64,000 nucleotides of DNA. Origin: a virus. Under the pieces are notes generated by a model. It was given only the letters and a program-made list of their open reading frames with translations. It made no database searches and was not told the DNA's origin. The position numbers and the translations under genes were made by a program. Below are positions 8,345 through 16,965 of this stretch, piece by piece. Every line of letters begins with the position of its first letter. Position 1 is the stretch's first letter. The stretch spans positions 29,746 through 93,745 of the IMG/VR virus record IMGVR_UViG_3300046514_000858; one strand, given 5' to 3'.

Positions 8345-9022
8345 ATGAGGATGCTGCTGGCCCTCCTATTCCTGATCCCGCAGGACTGCGAACAAGAGCA
8401 CCCCAACCGCGACGGCCTGAGTACGGACGATCTCGTCGAGGCCCTCGAAGCGGCCGATATAGACGCGGCCAACTGGCGGGCGTCGTACCATCGCATTGAC
8501 TTAGAGAACGACGAGATCATAGCGCGCATGTCGCTCGTCTCCGCCGAGTGGGAGTTCATGGTCAATGAGTGCGAGCGCGCGGGACAGGCCCACGTCCTGA
8601 ACACTCTTGAGCGCGTGCTGGTGCAGCGCTTTATCGAACCTCTCGATCTCTGGATGTCGAATCCCCATGTGACGGGCCATCCCTTCCCTCGCTTCGTCGA
8701 CGGCGAGTGCTGGTACGCCATCGTGATCCAGCCTCTGGACGCACTGAAGAGCGATCCGGTCTGGCTGAAGTTCCCGCTGGAGACGAAGAAATACGGCAGC
8801 GCCCTCGGTTATGGAGACGATAAGAACGAGAGCATCCTCCAGCTCCACTACAAGCGCACGATGCGCAAGAGCATCTTGGATTCGCTGGAGCACCATCTCG
8901 TGCTGCTATTGGACCAGCCCGAGTGCGTCACCACACTCATCACCGGAACGCCGCACCTCTACCGCCTGACCTTCCGGGAGAGCAACATAGAGCATCTCCG
9001 CAAGGAAGATCGGATCTATTGA
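8345..9022 (+). CDS. hypothetical protein with short N-terminal signal-like segment
   Basis: MRMLLALLFLIPQD; class II motif 6 nt upstream. Confidence 0.65.
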   Translation: MRMLLALLFLIPQDCEQEHPNRDGLSTDDLVEALEAADIDAANWRASYHRIDLENDEIIARMSLVSAEWEFMVNECERAGQAHVLNTLERVLVQRFIEPLDLWMSNPHVTGHPFPRFVDGECWYAIVIQPLDALKSDPVWLKFPLETKKYGSALGYGDDKNESILQLHYKRTMRKSILDSLEHHLVLLLDQPECVTTLITGTPHLYRLTFRESNIEHLRKEDRIY

Positions 9023-9474
9023 TGGGCGCGCACATCCTTGGCGATTTCCGCACGCAGCCGCACTGCGAATTGCCCGAGTCCTACTTCACCGGCCGAGACT
9101 GCTGGGTCGACTGTCGCGCGCCCGACATGTTGCACATCTCCCGGGACTGCAACATCGGCTGGGAGGCCCGGCTGGTCTGTCAGTCCCACAACCCGATGCC
9201 CGGCAAGTTCGGCGACGTGACCGCGCGCTCGATTATCATTCGGCCCAAGGCGTTTATCGCCGGGTTCGCGACGCTCTACAACTGCGAGATCGGCGAGGGG
9301 TCTGTCGTGGCGCTCGGGGCCGTGGTGAGAAGTCGGATCGTGCCGCCGTGGGTGATCGTCGAGGGGAATCCGGCGCGCATCGTGAGCAGCTTCGACCATG
9401 TGCTCGGGAAGTGGGTCGAGGTGCCGGGGGAATCAGGACTTGGGGAGAACCTTCCAATGCGTCATCGGCGGTAG
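9022..9474 (+). CDS. hexapeptide-repeat (LbH) acyltransferase
   Basis: IGEGSVVALGAVV...VPPWVIVEGNPARIV. Confidence 0.85.
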   Translation: MGAHILGDFRTQPHCELPESYFTGRDCWVDCRAPDMLHISRDCNIGWEARLVCQSHNPMPGKFGDVTARSIIIRPKAFIAGFATLYNCEIGEGSVVALGAVVRSRIVPPWVIVEGNPARIVSSFDHVLGKWVEVPGESGLGENLPMRHRR

Positions 9475-9984
9475 GACCTCGCCATCGGGCACGACGATCC
9501 CGTAGCCCGCGACCGGCACGGGCACCGAGTAGTCGGGCACGATCACCCGGCCGTACTGCTGGAGCACCGCGGGCGGGACCTTGTGGCATCCGGCCTGCCC
9601 GCAATCCAAGTCGACGTTGTTGACGTAGAGGATCCCTTCCGGGAAACGATTGTGGACGATAGCCAGCTCTTCGCCGAGCGGTCTCTCCGATCCCCACGTC
9701 GTGTCGAAGTAAAACACCGACGGCCGGGGCGCGTCGACCTCGCGCAGGTATTCAACGGAGCTGGCGACCTTGAGCTGCAGCCACGGGTACCGGCCCCGCG
9801 CGATCTCCAGCGTCTCGGCGTTGATGTCGCATCCCATCCCGATCTTGCCGGGCACGAGCTCCGAGAAGTACCCGACGGTCTCGCCCTCGTGCACGCCGAC
9901 CTCGACCCAACCCTTGATCTGGAACCGGCCGATCATCCAACCCGTGATGCACATGCGCTGGAAATTGTCTTGATGAGTGGTCAC
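9433..9984 (-). CDS. class I SAM-dependent methyltransferase
   Basis: VEVGVHEGET, GCDI, FYFD; GTG 5 nt after GTCCAAG. Confidence 0.7.
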   Translation of the reverse strand: MTTHQDNFQRMCITGWMIGRFQIKGWVEVGVHEGETVGYFSELVPGKIGMGCDINAETLEIARGRYPWLQLKVASSVEYLREVDAPRPSVFYFDTTWGSERPLGEELAIVHNRFPEGILYVNNVDLDCGQAGCHKVPPAVLQQYGRVIVPDYSVPVPVAGYGIVVPDGEVLPPMTHWKVLPKS

Positions 9985-9988
9985 GTAA

Positions 9989-10006
9989 TCTTGGACCAGT
10001 CCAAGA
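9989..10006. promoter_or_regulatory. back-to-back late motifs TCTTGGAC-CA-GTCCAAGA
   Basis: Palindrome of two GTCCAAG boxes between divergent methyltransferase genes. Confidence 0.7.
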
Positions 10007-10025
10007 GAATATCAAGGGAATAATT

Positions 10026-10631
10026 ATGATCGACAAAGGACTGCTGTGGGACGACACCAAGATGATGGGATTCTATCCCGTGATCGATCCCGTGTACGGC
10101 CCGGACTATTGGGCCAAGTACGAGGGCTACGGCAAGACGCCCATGGGCAAGGCCATCACCGCGTGCCGGGCGTGGTTCGTGGGCCAGTGCCTGAAGCCGG
10201 ACGAGCAGCTCCTTGACGTCGGCATCGGATCGGGCGACTTCGTTCGGTCCCGTCCTAACACGTTCGGGCAGGACGTGAACCCTGTCGCGCTGGCGTGGTT
10301 GCAGGGCCTCGACCTGCTCGGCAACTACGACGAGATCCCCAACTACAGTTTTTGGGACACGCTCGAACACATCTTGGACGCGAAGGGCGTCGTCGCCAAG
10401 ATCAAGAATTACTGCTTCGTCTCGCTCCCGATCTTCCGCGACCGCGAGCATGTCCTGAAGAGCAAGCACTTCCGGCCCGACGAGCATTACTGGTATTGGA
10501 CTGAAGTGGGTCTGATCAACTGGTTCGATGAGCAGGGCTTCGCTCTGCGCAGGATGACTTCGATTGAGTCAGTGCTCGGCCGCGAAGACATCATGAGCTA
10601 CGCCTTCCAGCGCTACGGCGTTCGGTCGTGA
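10026..10631 (+). CDS. SAM-dependent methyltransferase
   Basis: LLDVGIGSG, G.DVN, FWDTLEHI, KHFRPDEH. Confidence 0.85.
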   Translation: MIDKGLLWDDTKMMGFYPVIDPVYGPDYWAKYEGYGKTPMGKAITACRAWFVGQCLKPDEQLLDVGIGSGDFVRSRPNTFGQDVNPVALAWLQGLDLLGNYDEIPNYSFWDTLEHILDAKGVVAKIKNYCFVSLPIFRDREHVLKSKHFRPDEHYWYWTEVGLINWFDEQGFALRRMTSIESVLGREDIMSYAFQRYGVRS

Positions 10632-11329
10632 ACGCAGCCGTCCTTGTCCCTAGCTACGACAAGTACGCGGACGTCTGGCCCATCGCCGAGACGTGCTTCT
10701 CCCGCTTCTGGCCCGACCGCTCCATCCCCATGTACTGGATGACGAATGGGCTTCCGGTCCCGCGCATGGCCACGGGCGTGTGCGTGCCCGCGCGCGCGAG
10801 GCAAGAGTGGGGTGAGGGCATTGCTCAGGCGCTGGACTCCGTGCCCGAGGATCTGGTGCTCTTCTGGATCGAGGAGGTCTTGCTTCTCAGTCCCGTCCCC
10901 AATCAGCGGATCATGGAAGCCATTCGTCTGATGAACGAGGATCCCACCATTCAGGTCGTCAACGTCAACCGGTACTACTACGCCGCCGCTGCGGGCGATG
11001 GCTTCATTGACGCGCCCGACAAGATGTTCGACGTGATGGCGATGCCCGCGATCTACCGGAAGTCCGTGCTGAAGAGGCTGGTGTTAGAGAACCCGGACCC
11101 GCCGGAGTTCGAGCGCCGCTCGGCGATCAGCTTCCACAAGCTCTACCCCGACGGCCGAGTCCTGATCCCGGGCTCGAAGATGTTTCGCTTCTGCGACAAC
11201 CTCATGATCATCGGCCGCTGGCGGAAGTGTGCGCTGAATCACTTGCAGGAGTTGCAGATCCCGGTCGACGCGTCCATCCGCGGCGTCGCCGATGACGACT
11301 GTCGCTTCATGAACGGGACGGATCAATAA
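10628..11329 (+). CDS. putative glycosyltransferase (GT-A-like), paralog of 45282
   Basis: VLVPSYDKY.D.W...FWPD...W...LFWIEE, shared with the 45282 ORF. Confidence 0.6.
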   Translation: MNAAVLVPSYDKYADVWPIAETCFSRFWPDRSIPMYWMTNGLPVPRMATGVCVPARARQEWGEGIAQALDSVPEDLVLFWIEEVLLLSPVPNQRIMEAIRLMNEDPTIQVVNVNRYYYAAAAGDGFIDAPDKMFDVMAMPAIYRKSVLKRLVLENPDPPEFERRSAISFHKLYPDGRVLIPGSKMFRFCDNLMIIGRWRKCALNHLQELQIPVDASIRGVADDDCRFMNGTDQ

Positions 11330-11330
11330 T

Positions 11331-11419
11331 TGGTCGCAGGTGGAGGAGTCGAACCTCTGCCCACCGCCGGAGACTTGGCCTTGGGACACGGGAGCTACCC
11401 GTCCTCCGGATCACCCGCG
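11331..11419 (-). ncRNA. tRNA-like RNA / pseudo-tRNA with encoded CCA
   Basis: CGCGGGTG/CACCTGCG stem, GAGG-TTCGACT-CCTC T-arm, ACCA end; no canonical anticodon arm. Confidence 0.6.
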
Positions 11420-11594
11420 ATTTGTTGTGCACCGTATAGCTCTTCCGTCTATGCCCAGTAAAATTTACGACACTTGGGGTGCATCCGCACAAGGCCACAT
11501 TTGCTGGCGACCCACTTCCATCCCTCCCGGAGTCTGTTTCGACACAGCCAGCAGAGCGGCAGCCTTCGTTTTCTTTTAGACTTCTTCATAGCGT

Positions 11595-11930
11595 TCAATC
11601 GTGTGTCTGCTTACAAGCAGGGCACGGGTAACCGGGAACGTAGGCCGCCGCCTCGCACTTCGGGGTTGGACGAATCCGCTTTTCTGTTGCCGTCAGAATA
11701 TCTTCCATGCTGTTCGCGGCCTGCCGGATCGTGAACCAGTGGCGTTTTAGTTCGTCAATCTGCAGGTTTGCTGTGCGCAATTCGAGGGTTCGCGTATTGG
11801 CGAGATCCCACCCCTCCTTCGCGTGCTTCTTCATCAACTCCAATTCGGCCTTGTTGCAGTAGCTTTCCGGGTGTGGCTCATGCGGTAGAGACTTGCTCCC
11901 GCAAATCTTGCACGTTCTAAAGTCGCTCAT
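11595..11930 (-). CDS. hypothetical protein with Cys motifs and coiled coil
   Basis: CKICG...C, C...CPAC; lower GC. Confidence 0.55.
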   Translation of the reverse strand: MSDFRTCKICGSKSLPHEPHPESYCNKAELELMKKHAKEGWDLANTRTLELRTANLQIDELKRHWFTIRQAANSMEDILTATEKRIRPTPKCEAAAYVPGYPCPACKQTHD

Positions 11931-12400
11931 GCTTCGATCTCGTAGCGGTCGTGCCGCACCCAGCCCTTCTTGGTCCAGAACCCCCAGCTCCGGCGGATCG
12001 CGCCGCAGAAGACTAGAGTCACGATGGGGCGGCTGCTGACCCAAGTGATGGCGTGCCTGTCTTCGGCGCGCTTCCAGTTCACCCACCGGACGTGCCGCGG
12101 CTCACGGTCGGCATCACAGTCGTCGCACCGGCACGGGCCGCAGCAGGGTTCGGTCGGCACGTCCTCGACGTAGCTGCCCCAGAGCACGAGGGACAGGAAC
12201 GACCACGGATGGTCGTGCAGGTCCCGCTGCTGGTCCGGGCGGTAGATCAGGTGCAGCTTGATGGAGAACCACGGGGTGAGGAGAATGTTCAGGCGGCGCA
12301 TGTACACGCTGCGCCCGTCGCCGATGATCTTCCAGTACCACCAGCCCCACTTGCGAGCGGCCTTGGGGTCGGTCAGCTCGTCGCCTTCCAGCTTCTCCAT
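11927..12400 (-). CDS. cupin-fold protein
   Basis: LHDHPW.F.S.VL.G.Y.E...H.I; class II motif 6 nt upstream. Confidence 0.8.
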   Translation of the reverse strand: MEKLEGDELTDPKAARKWGWWYWKIIGDGRSVYMRRLNILLTPWFSIKLHLIYRPDQQRDLHDHPWSFLSLVLWGSYVEDVPTEPCCGPCRCDDCDADREPRHVRWVNWKRAEDRHAITWVSSRPIVTLVFCGAIRRSWGFWTKKGWVRHDRYEIEA

Positions 12401-12425
12401 GTCTACAAGAACGCGCGCATTTTCC

Positions 12426-12452
12426 TGTAATGCGCATGGGCGTGGGTCGTCT
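12426..12452 (+). promoter_or_regulatory. class I promoter TGTAAT-N16-CGTCT
   Basis: Motif copy; GTG 7 nt downstream (12460). Confidence 0.8.
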
Positions 12453-12477
12453 TATAGGCGTGATGAAAGGAGCCGAC

Positions 12478-12696
12478 ATGACCTGCGAAAACTGTGGGAA
12501 GCGCACGATCACCGCGACGTTCGTCTACTGTTGCGCCCGCGCGACTTTCCTGCCCATCGCCTGCTCGGCCAAGTGCCAGAAGGCCCTCGGCGGTGTCGAC
12601 CCGACCAAGGTCGCCGACTGCGGTGAACACTGTGCCTGCGGGGACTGCGTCGACTGTGATCTGGCGGCCCGCGACAAGGCCGCGCTCAAGAGCTAG
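12478..12696 (+). CDS. Cys-rich small (Zn-binding) protein
   Basis: AGGAG SD; multiple CxxC. Confidence 0.65.
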   Translation: MTCENCGKRTITATFVYCCARATFLPIACSAKCQKALGGVDPTKVADCGEHCACGDCVDCDLAARDKAALKS

Positions 12697-12705
12697 GAGA
12701 CTGCG

Positions 12706-13308
12706 ATGAAACAGTGGGATCTCCACCGGACCGAGCTACTTCAAGATCGCGAGTGGTCGAAGCTGAAGCGCTTCCTCGACGACGAGTCGGATCTCGCCGA
12801 GTTGAATGGCAACCGCACTGCCATCCAGAACCGCGTGATCTGTTACGTAGCGGTCTGGGCCGGGCTCCGGCGCGCCGAGATCGCGAGCCTCGACCTCGAC
12901 GACTTGTACCTGACGAACGACTCTCCCTTCCTCGTCGTGAAGGACGGCAAGGGCGGCAAGCGCCGGGAGGTCATGATCTCCCCGATCCTCCGGGCCATCC
13001 TTAAGAAGTTCATTCGCGGCATGGAACCGGGCCCCGTCTTCCGGCCCCAGCGCGGCGAGCGGTACACGGGCAACGGCCTCTGGCGCGTGTGGGCGGTCGC
13101 CTGCGCGGGCGCGGGGATCCTGCCTCGGTCGATCCACAAGGCCCGTCACTTCTACGGTCAGAAGCAGTACGAGGCGACCAACGATCTCCGCTTCGTCCAG
13201 AAGCAACTCGGCCACTCCCGGATCGTGACCACTCAGGTCTACGTCGAGATTTCCAATACGAAGGCGGTGGAGAATCTGGCGGGCCTCGACAAGGTGCTGC
13301 GGGCTTAG
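12706..13308 (+). CDS. tyrosine recombinase, catalytic domain only
   Basis: GLRRAE (R), GKGGK (K), HKAR (HxxR), LGHS, TTQVY. Confidence 0.9.
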   Translation: MKQWDLHRTELLQDREWSKLKRFLDDESDLAELNGNRTAIQNRVICYVAVWAGLRRAEIASLDLDDLYLTNDSPFLVVKDGKGGKRREVMISPILRAILKKFIRGMEPGPVFRPQRGERYTGNGLWRVWAVACAGAGILPRSIHKARHFYGQKQYEATNDLRFVQKQLGHSRIVTTQVYVEISNTKAVENLAGLDKVLRA

Positions 13309-13592
13309 GCTATTGCGGCCTGTGGGGTGCGGTTACCTTTTATCTTATTACATTTAGCGCAGAGAACCTGCAACTTCCCTTCCTTCTCCTCCTGCTCGTA
13401 GCGCCTCACGCGGCCGAGCTGGGAGAACGCCCGGAGGTACCAGTCCCGCGGCTTCTTGTGGTCGACTTCGAGCTTGTTCTTCTTCGAGCCCTTGGTGCCG
13501 CAGTGGACGCACTTCCGACCGAGGCGATCAATGATCGCTTCCCGGCGGACCTGCGCCCGCAACGCCCGCTGTCGTGTCTCTAGGTTGCCCAC
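13305..13592 (-). CDS. HNH endonuclease
   Basis: CVHCG...LEVDH...LQVLCAKCN..K. Confidence 0.85.
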   Translation of the reverse strand: MGNLETRQRALRAQVRREAIIDRLGRKCVHCGTKGSKKNKLEVDHKKPRDWYLRAFSQLGRVRRYEQEEKEGKLQVLCAKCNKIKGNRTPQAAIA

Positions 13593-13869
13593 TCTCTAAG
13601 GAATGCTCGGATCCTGCAGCTTTCAACGCCGCCATGATTTTCGCCATCTCTGTGGCGTCCTTGATCGTGCCCTGCTGGTCTCGCTCGGTGATGAGACGGT
13701 CGACGATCTGCCGCGGGCCCGGCCCCGGCAGGTCGACGTAGGCGTTCATGAAGAACTCCAGCGCCGCGGCGATCACCCGGCCCCGTCCCATGCGGGTGGC
13801 CGTGCACAGATGGACCAGCACGTCGTCGGCATCTCCCACCATTTGGATTGTTTCGAGTTCGTGCTTCAT
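13528..13869 (-). CDS. possible ribbon-helix-helix regulator
   Basis: L..LC..T.MGRGRVI.AALEFF pattern; class II motif 6 nt upstream. Confidence 0.5.
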   Translation of the reverse strand: MKHELETIQMVGDADDVLVHLCTATRMGRGRVIAAALEFFMNAYVDLPGPGPRQIVDRLITERDQQGTIKDATEMAKIMAALKAAGSEHSLESGQPRDTTAGVAGAGPPGSDH

Positions 13870-13907
13870 ATTTACAGGAACGCTTGTGTGCGCGCGTTCT
13901 TATTGGC

Positions 13908-14246
13908 ATGGAAGCAACGCCCAAAGAAATCGCGCTGAAGACCATCGCCCGGATGCGGCCCGAAGTCGCCCGCCGGTCGCTGCTGGTGGGCCGCTGGTAC
14001 AACGGCGGCTTCTACGTCGCGCCCGACTTCTCGTGCTGCTGCCCCTTCGGTGCTGGCGTGATCACCAATCCCCGCCACGCAACAGCCGAGTCCTACTGCG
14101 CGGTCGACGAGGAGGTCAGCCGCGCGTTCCGGATGGCCGGGTTCTACGACGCCGAGCAGATGCTCCTCTCCAAGTTCGTGGCCGGACTGCCCGAGCTCAC
14201 GCAGGAGGAGATCCGCGCGGCCATCGCGGAGGCGATGATCCAGTGA
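13908..14246 (+). CDS. hypothetical protein
   Basis: ATG 6 nt after class II motif (13894). Confidence 0.65.
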   Translation: MEATPKEIALKTIARMRPEVARRSLLVGRWYNGGFYVAPDFSCCCPFGAGVITNPRHATAESYCAVDEEVSRAFRMAGFYDAEQMLLSKFVAGLPELTQEEIRAAIAEAMIQ

Positions 14247-14518
14247 AGAAGATCGAGATGTTCTACGTCCAGCGCAGCACGGACGGCCACGTTTTGTACA
14301 TCCGCAAGGCTCCCAACAAGCGGTGGGAGGCGAAGATCGACCAGATCCACGGGTCGGCGTACCTGTTCGAAGACATCGCGCCGGGCACAGGGGGCTGGTA
14401 TTTTTTCGAGCCCGTCGTTTCTCCGACACAGATCAAGAACATCGACGTCACAGAAGTATCGCTCGTGGCGAAAGCGCCACACGGAAAAAGATTTCTATTG
14501 AAAGGAGATAGGTCATGA
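14243..14518 (+). CDS. hypothetical protein
   Basis: GGAGG SD, GTGA overlap. Confidence 0.6.
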   Translation: MKKIEMFYVQRSTDGHVLYIRKAPNKRWEAKIDQIHGSAYLFEDIAPGTGGWYFFEPVVSPTQIKNIDVTEVSLVAKAPHGKRFLLKGDRS

Positions 14519-14949
14519 AAAGAGGTTTCACGCTCTTTGAAGGCATGGTTGTCTTCGCCGCCGTCGCGATCCTCGCACTCCTCTTCCTGCCGTTCGTCCT
14601 GTGCCTCTTCCCGTCCGGCTGCGATCCGTCGTATTCCGACGGCGACCGGGTCGGAGTGGTGACGAAGCTGAGCCACAGGGGCCTCAGCATGAAGAGCTGG
14701 GAAGGCCAGCTCAACGTGGGGAGCACGAGTACCGACGGGAACGGTGTCGCCGTTCCCACCACATGGGCGTTCAGCGTCGAAGACGAGGCCGTCGTGCAGC
14801 GGCTCAAGGAGGTCGCCCAGACCGGCCAGCGAGCAACGCTCCACTACCACCAGTATCTGGTCAAACCGTGGCGATTCGACACGGAATACGTGATCGACAG
14901 CGTGGACGTCGAGAAACCGGACGGCACGAACAAGAGCCTCCGACACTGA
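14515..14949 (+). CDS. prepilin-type N-terminal (GFTLxE) membrane protein with conserved periplasmic domain
   Basis: MKRG|FTLFE plus hydrophobic helix; YSDG.RVG.V.KLS..G...KSWEG.L...FSV. Confidence 0.75.
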   Translation: MKRGFTLFEGMVVFAAVAILALLFLPFVLCLFPSGCDPSYSDGDRVGVVTKLSHRGLSMKSWEGQLNVGSTSTDGNGVAVPTTWAFSVEDEAVVQRLKEVAQTGQRATLHYHQYLVKPWRFDTEYVIDSVDVEKPDGTNKSLRH

Positions 14950-14964
14950 AGTACGAGTCAACCG

Positions 14965-15000
14965 AAGCCCGGGGATGCAAAGTCCCCGGGCTTTTTCTTT
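14965..15000 (+). terminator. intrinsic terminator closing the early region
   Basis: AAGCCCGGGGA/TCCCCGGGCTT stem plus T tract. Confidence 0.85.
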
Positions 15001-15037
15001 GCCCCGCACCCATACCGCAGGTGCGGTCCAAGATGGT

Positions 15038-15169
15038 ATGCTCCGCGCCATCGGTCGGAAGGTCGCCATCATCGCGGCGACCATCGTGCTCACCGCCTTC
15101 ATCTTCGCGTTCGCGACGGAGTTCTTCCGGGCCGTCTCGCGCACCAAGCAGGATCTGCAGGTGCCCTGA
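15038..15169 (+). CDS. small membrane peptide
   Basis: ATG 5 nt after GTCCAAG (15026); one TM helix; coupled to TerL. Confidence 0.55.
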   Translation: MLRAIGRKVAIIAATIVLTAFIFAFATEFFRAVSRTKQDLQVP

Positions 15170-16965
15170 TGAAGATCACCCCGCAGATCCTCGCCAACGA
15201 CGACCGCATGACGGCCGACGAGGTGGACAAGATCACCGCGGCCTACGCCGGGAAGACCCCCGCCCAGATCGTGGCCAAGGATGAGAAGATCCTCCTCCAC
15301 TACCTCAAGAATCCGCCCCAGCGCGAGATCGAGCTCTACACCTTCCTGACCGCGCTGACGCATGAGCCGATGCCGTGGCAGTCGATCTGTGAAGACCACT
15401 GCACGCCTTGGGATTTCATCTGGTACAGCTACCGGGTCGACCTGCCGCAGTTCCGGGAGAAGACGTCCCGCCATCTCATCTACGTCGGCCCCCGCGGGGG
15501 CTACAAGACCCTGTCCGTGGCGAAGCTGATCGCCGCCGAGCTCCTGCTCAAGCGCGGCTGTTGGACCGTCGGGATGGGTGCCATCGAAGCGCACGCCAAG
15601 CGCACGTACCAGTACGTTCAGCGCTACCTGTCCCACCCAGTGCTGCTGAGCCTCAAGGCCGCCGAGCTGATGACGATGGCCGAGACCAAGATGTGGAACG
15701 GCTCGGTCTACAATCAGGTCTGCGCGACGTGGGCGGGCGTGAACTCCCAGCACCCGCACAAGATGCGCACCGAGGAGAACGACCTCATCTCCGACCCCTT
15801 CATTCTAGAAGAGGCGAAGATGATGCCGAGCTCGCACGGCAAGCTGCGGGCGCACATGTCCTACGTCTCCTCGCGCAAGTTCGAGGACGGGATCATGGAC
15901 CAGCTCGTCGCCAACGCCGATGCCAAGGGCTACGACTACATGATCTCGTGCTACAAGGACTCGGCCGAGCAGTGCACCGAGGCTCGGCACGGTGAACGCG
16001 CCGTTGCGCCGCTGGAGGTCGAGGATCTGGAAGACCCCACCAAGACGGTCATTCTCCCGCCCGACAAGATTTTCAAAAACTGTGTAACCTGCCCGATCCT
16101 GCCGTCGTGTCAGGGCGACCTCGCGCGCGCGCACGGGGCCGTCGCCATCGACGACGTCATCTCCGACTGGCGCGTCCTCGACCGCGACGTCTGGATGTGG
16201 CAGAAGGAATGCAAGCGCACCCGGTCCTCCGCGACGTTCTTCCAGTTCTGGAACGAGCATGTGCAGGAGGGCGATTTCAACTTCCGGCCGGAGTGGGGCC
16301 CCGTCGATCTCTCCTTCGACTTCACCGGAGGCGGCGAGGATCCGACCGTCATGGGCGTCTGGCAGACCGACCCCGTGAACGACAACGATTTCATGATCGG
16401 CGAGAAGGTCTGGGACGGCGCGAAGCTGGCCGACTTCGTCTTCGCCGACGCCATCGAATATCTGCAGAAGCTGGGCGTGCAGTCCATCCGCAACATGATG
16501 GGCGACTCGGCCGCCCAGACGTGGATCAACGAGCTCAACAGCAAGATCAACCCGGCGACCGGCAAGGAGTTCTTCCACATCAAGCCGGTCAAGAAGATCG
16601 AGCGGGTCGAGGGCTGGAAGCTGATGCGCCAGCGGGTCCGGGACAATTCCGGCTGGCACCACATCTTCGCGAACAAGAAGGAGTGCCCGCTCTTCTGTGC
16701 TGAGGTCCGGCGGGCGAAGAAGCACAAGACCATCAAGGACGACATCCCCAAGAGCTGCTCCGACCACTCCCTCGACCAGTGCCGGTACCGGCTGGTGGAG
16801 CTACGGTACAGCGGTCTCCGGCAGCCCAACATCCGATTCGTGGGGGAGGGGCACACCTACCGAAGTGACCCCGCAGCCATCGCCGACCAGCGGTCCAAGG
16901 ATTCAGCGAGCGGTGCAGGTCTGACCCGCATGCTCCACCTTGACCCTGATCTGGACGACGAGTAA
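15169..16965 (+). CDS. terL: terminase large subunit
   Basis: Walker A GPRGGYKT; nuclease motifs FDF...D, GDSA, DHSLDQCRY; precedes portal. Confidence 0.85.
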   Translation: MKITPQILANDDRMTADEVDKITAAYAGKTPAQIVAKDEKILLHYLKNPPQREIELYTFLTALTHEPMPWQSICEDHCTPWDFIWYSYRVDLPQFREKTSRHLIYVGPRGGYKTLSVAKLIAAELLLKRGCWTVGMGAIEAHAKRTYQYVQRYLSHPVLLSLKAAELMTMAETKMWNGSVYNQVCATWAGVNSQHPHKMRTEENDLISDPFILEEAKMMPSSHGKLRAHMSYVSSRKFEDGIMDQLVANADAKGYDYMISCYKDSAEQCTEARHGERAVAPLEVEDLEDPTKTVILPPDKIFKNCVTCPILPSCQGDLARAHGAVAIDDVISDWRVLDRDVWMWQKECKRTRSSATFFQFWNEHVQEGDFNFRPEWGPVDLSFDFTGGGEDPTVMGVWQTDPVNDNDFMIGEKVWDGAKLADFVFADAIEYLQKLGVQSIRNMMGDSAAQTWINELNSKINPATGKEFFHIKPVKKIERVEGWKLMRQRVRDNSGWHHIFANKKECPLFCAEVRRAKKHKTIKDDIPKSCSDHSLDQCRYRLVELRYSGLRQPNIRFVGEGHTYRSDPAAIADQRSKDSASGAGLTRMLHLDPDLDDE

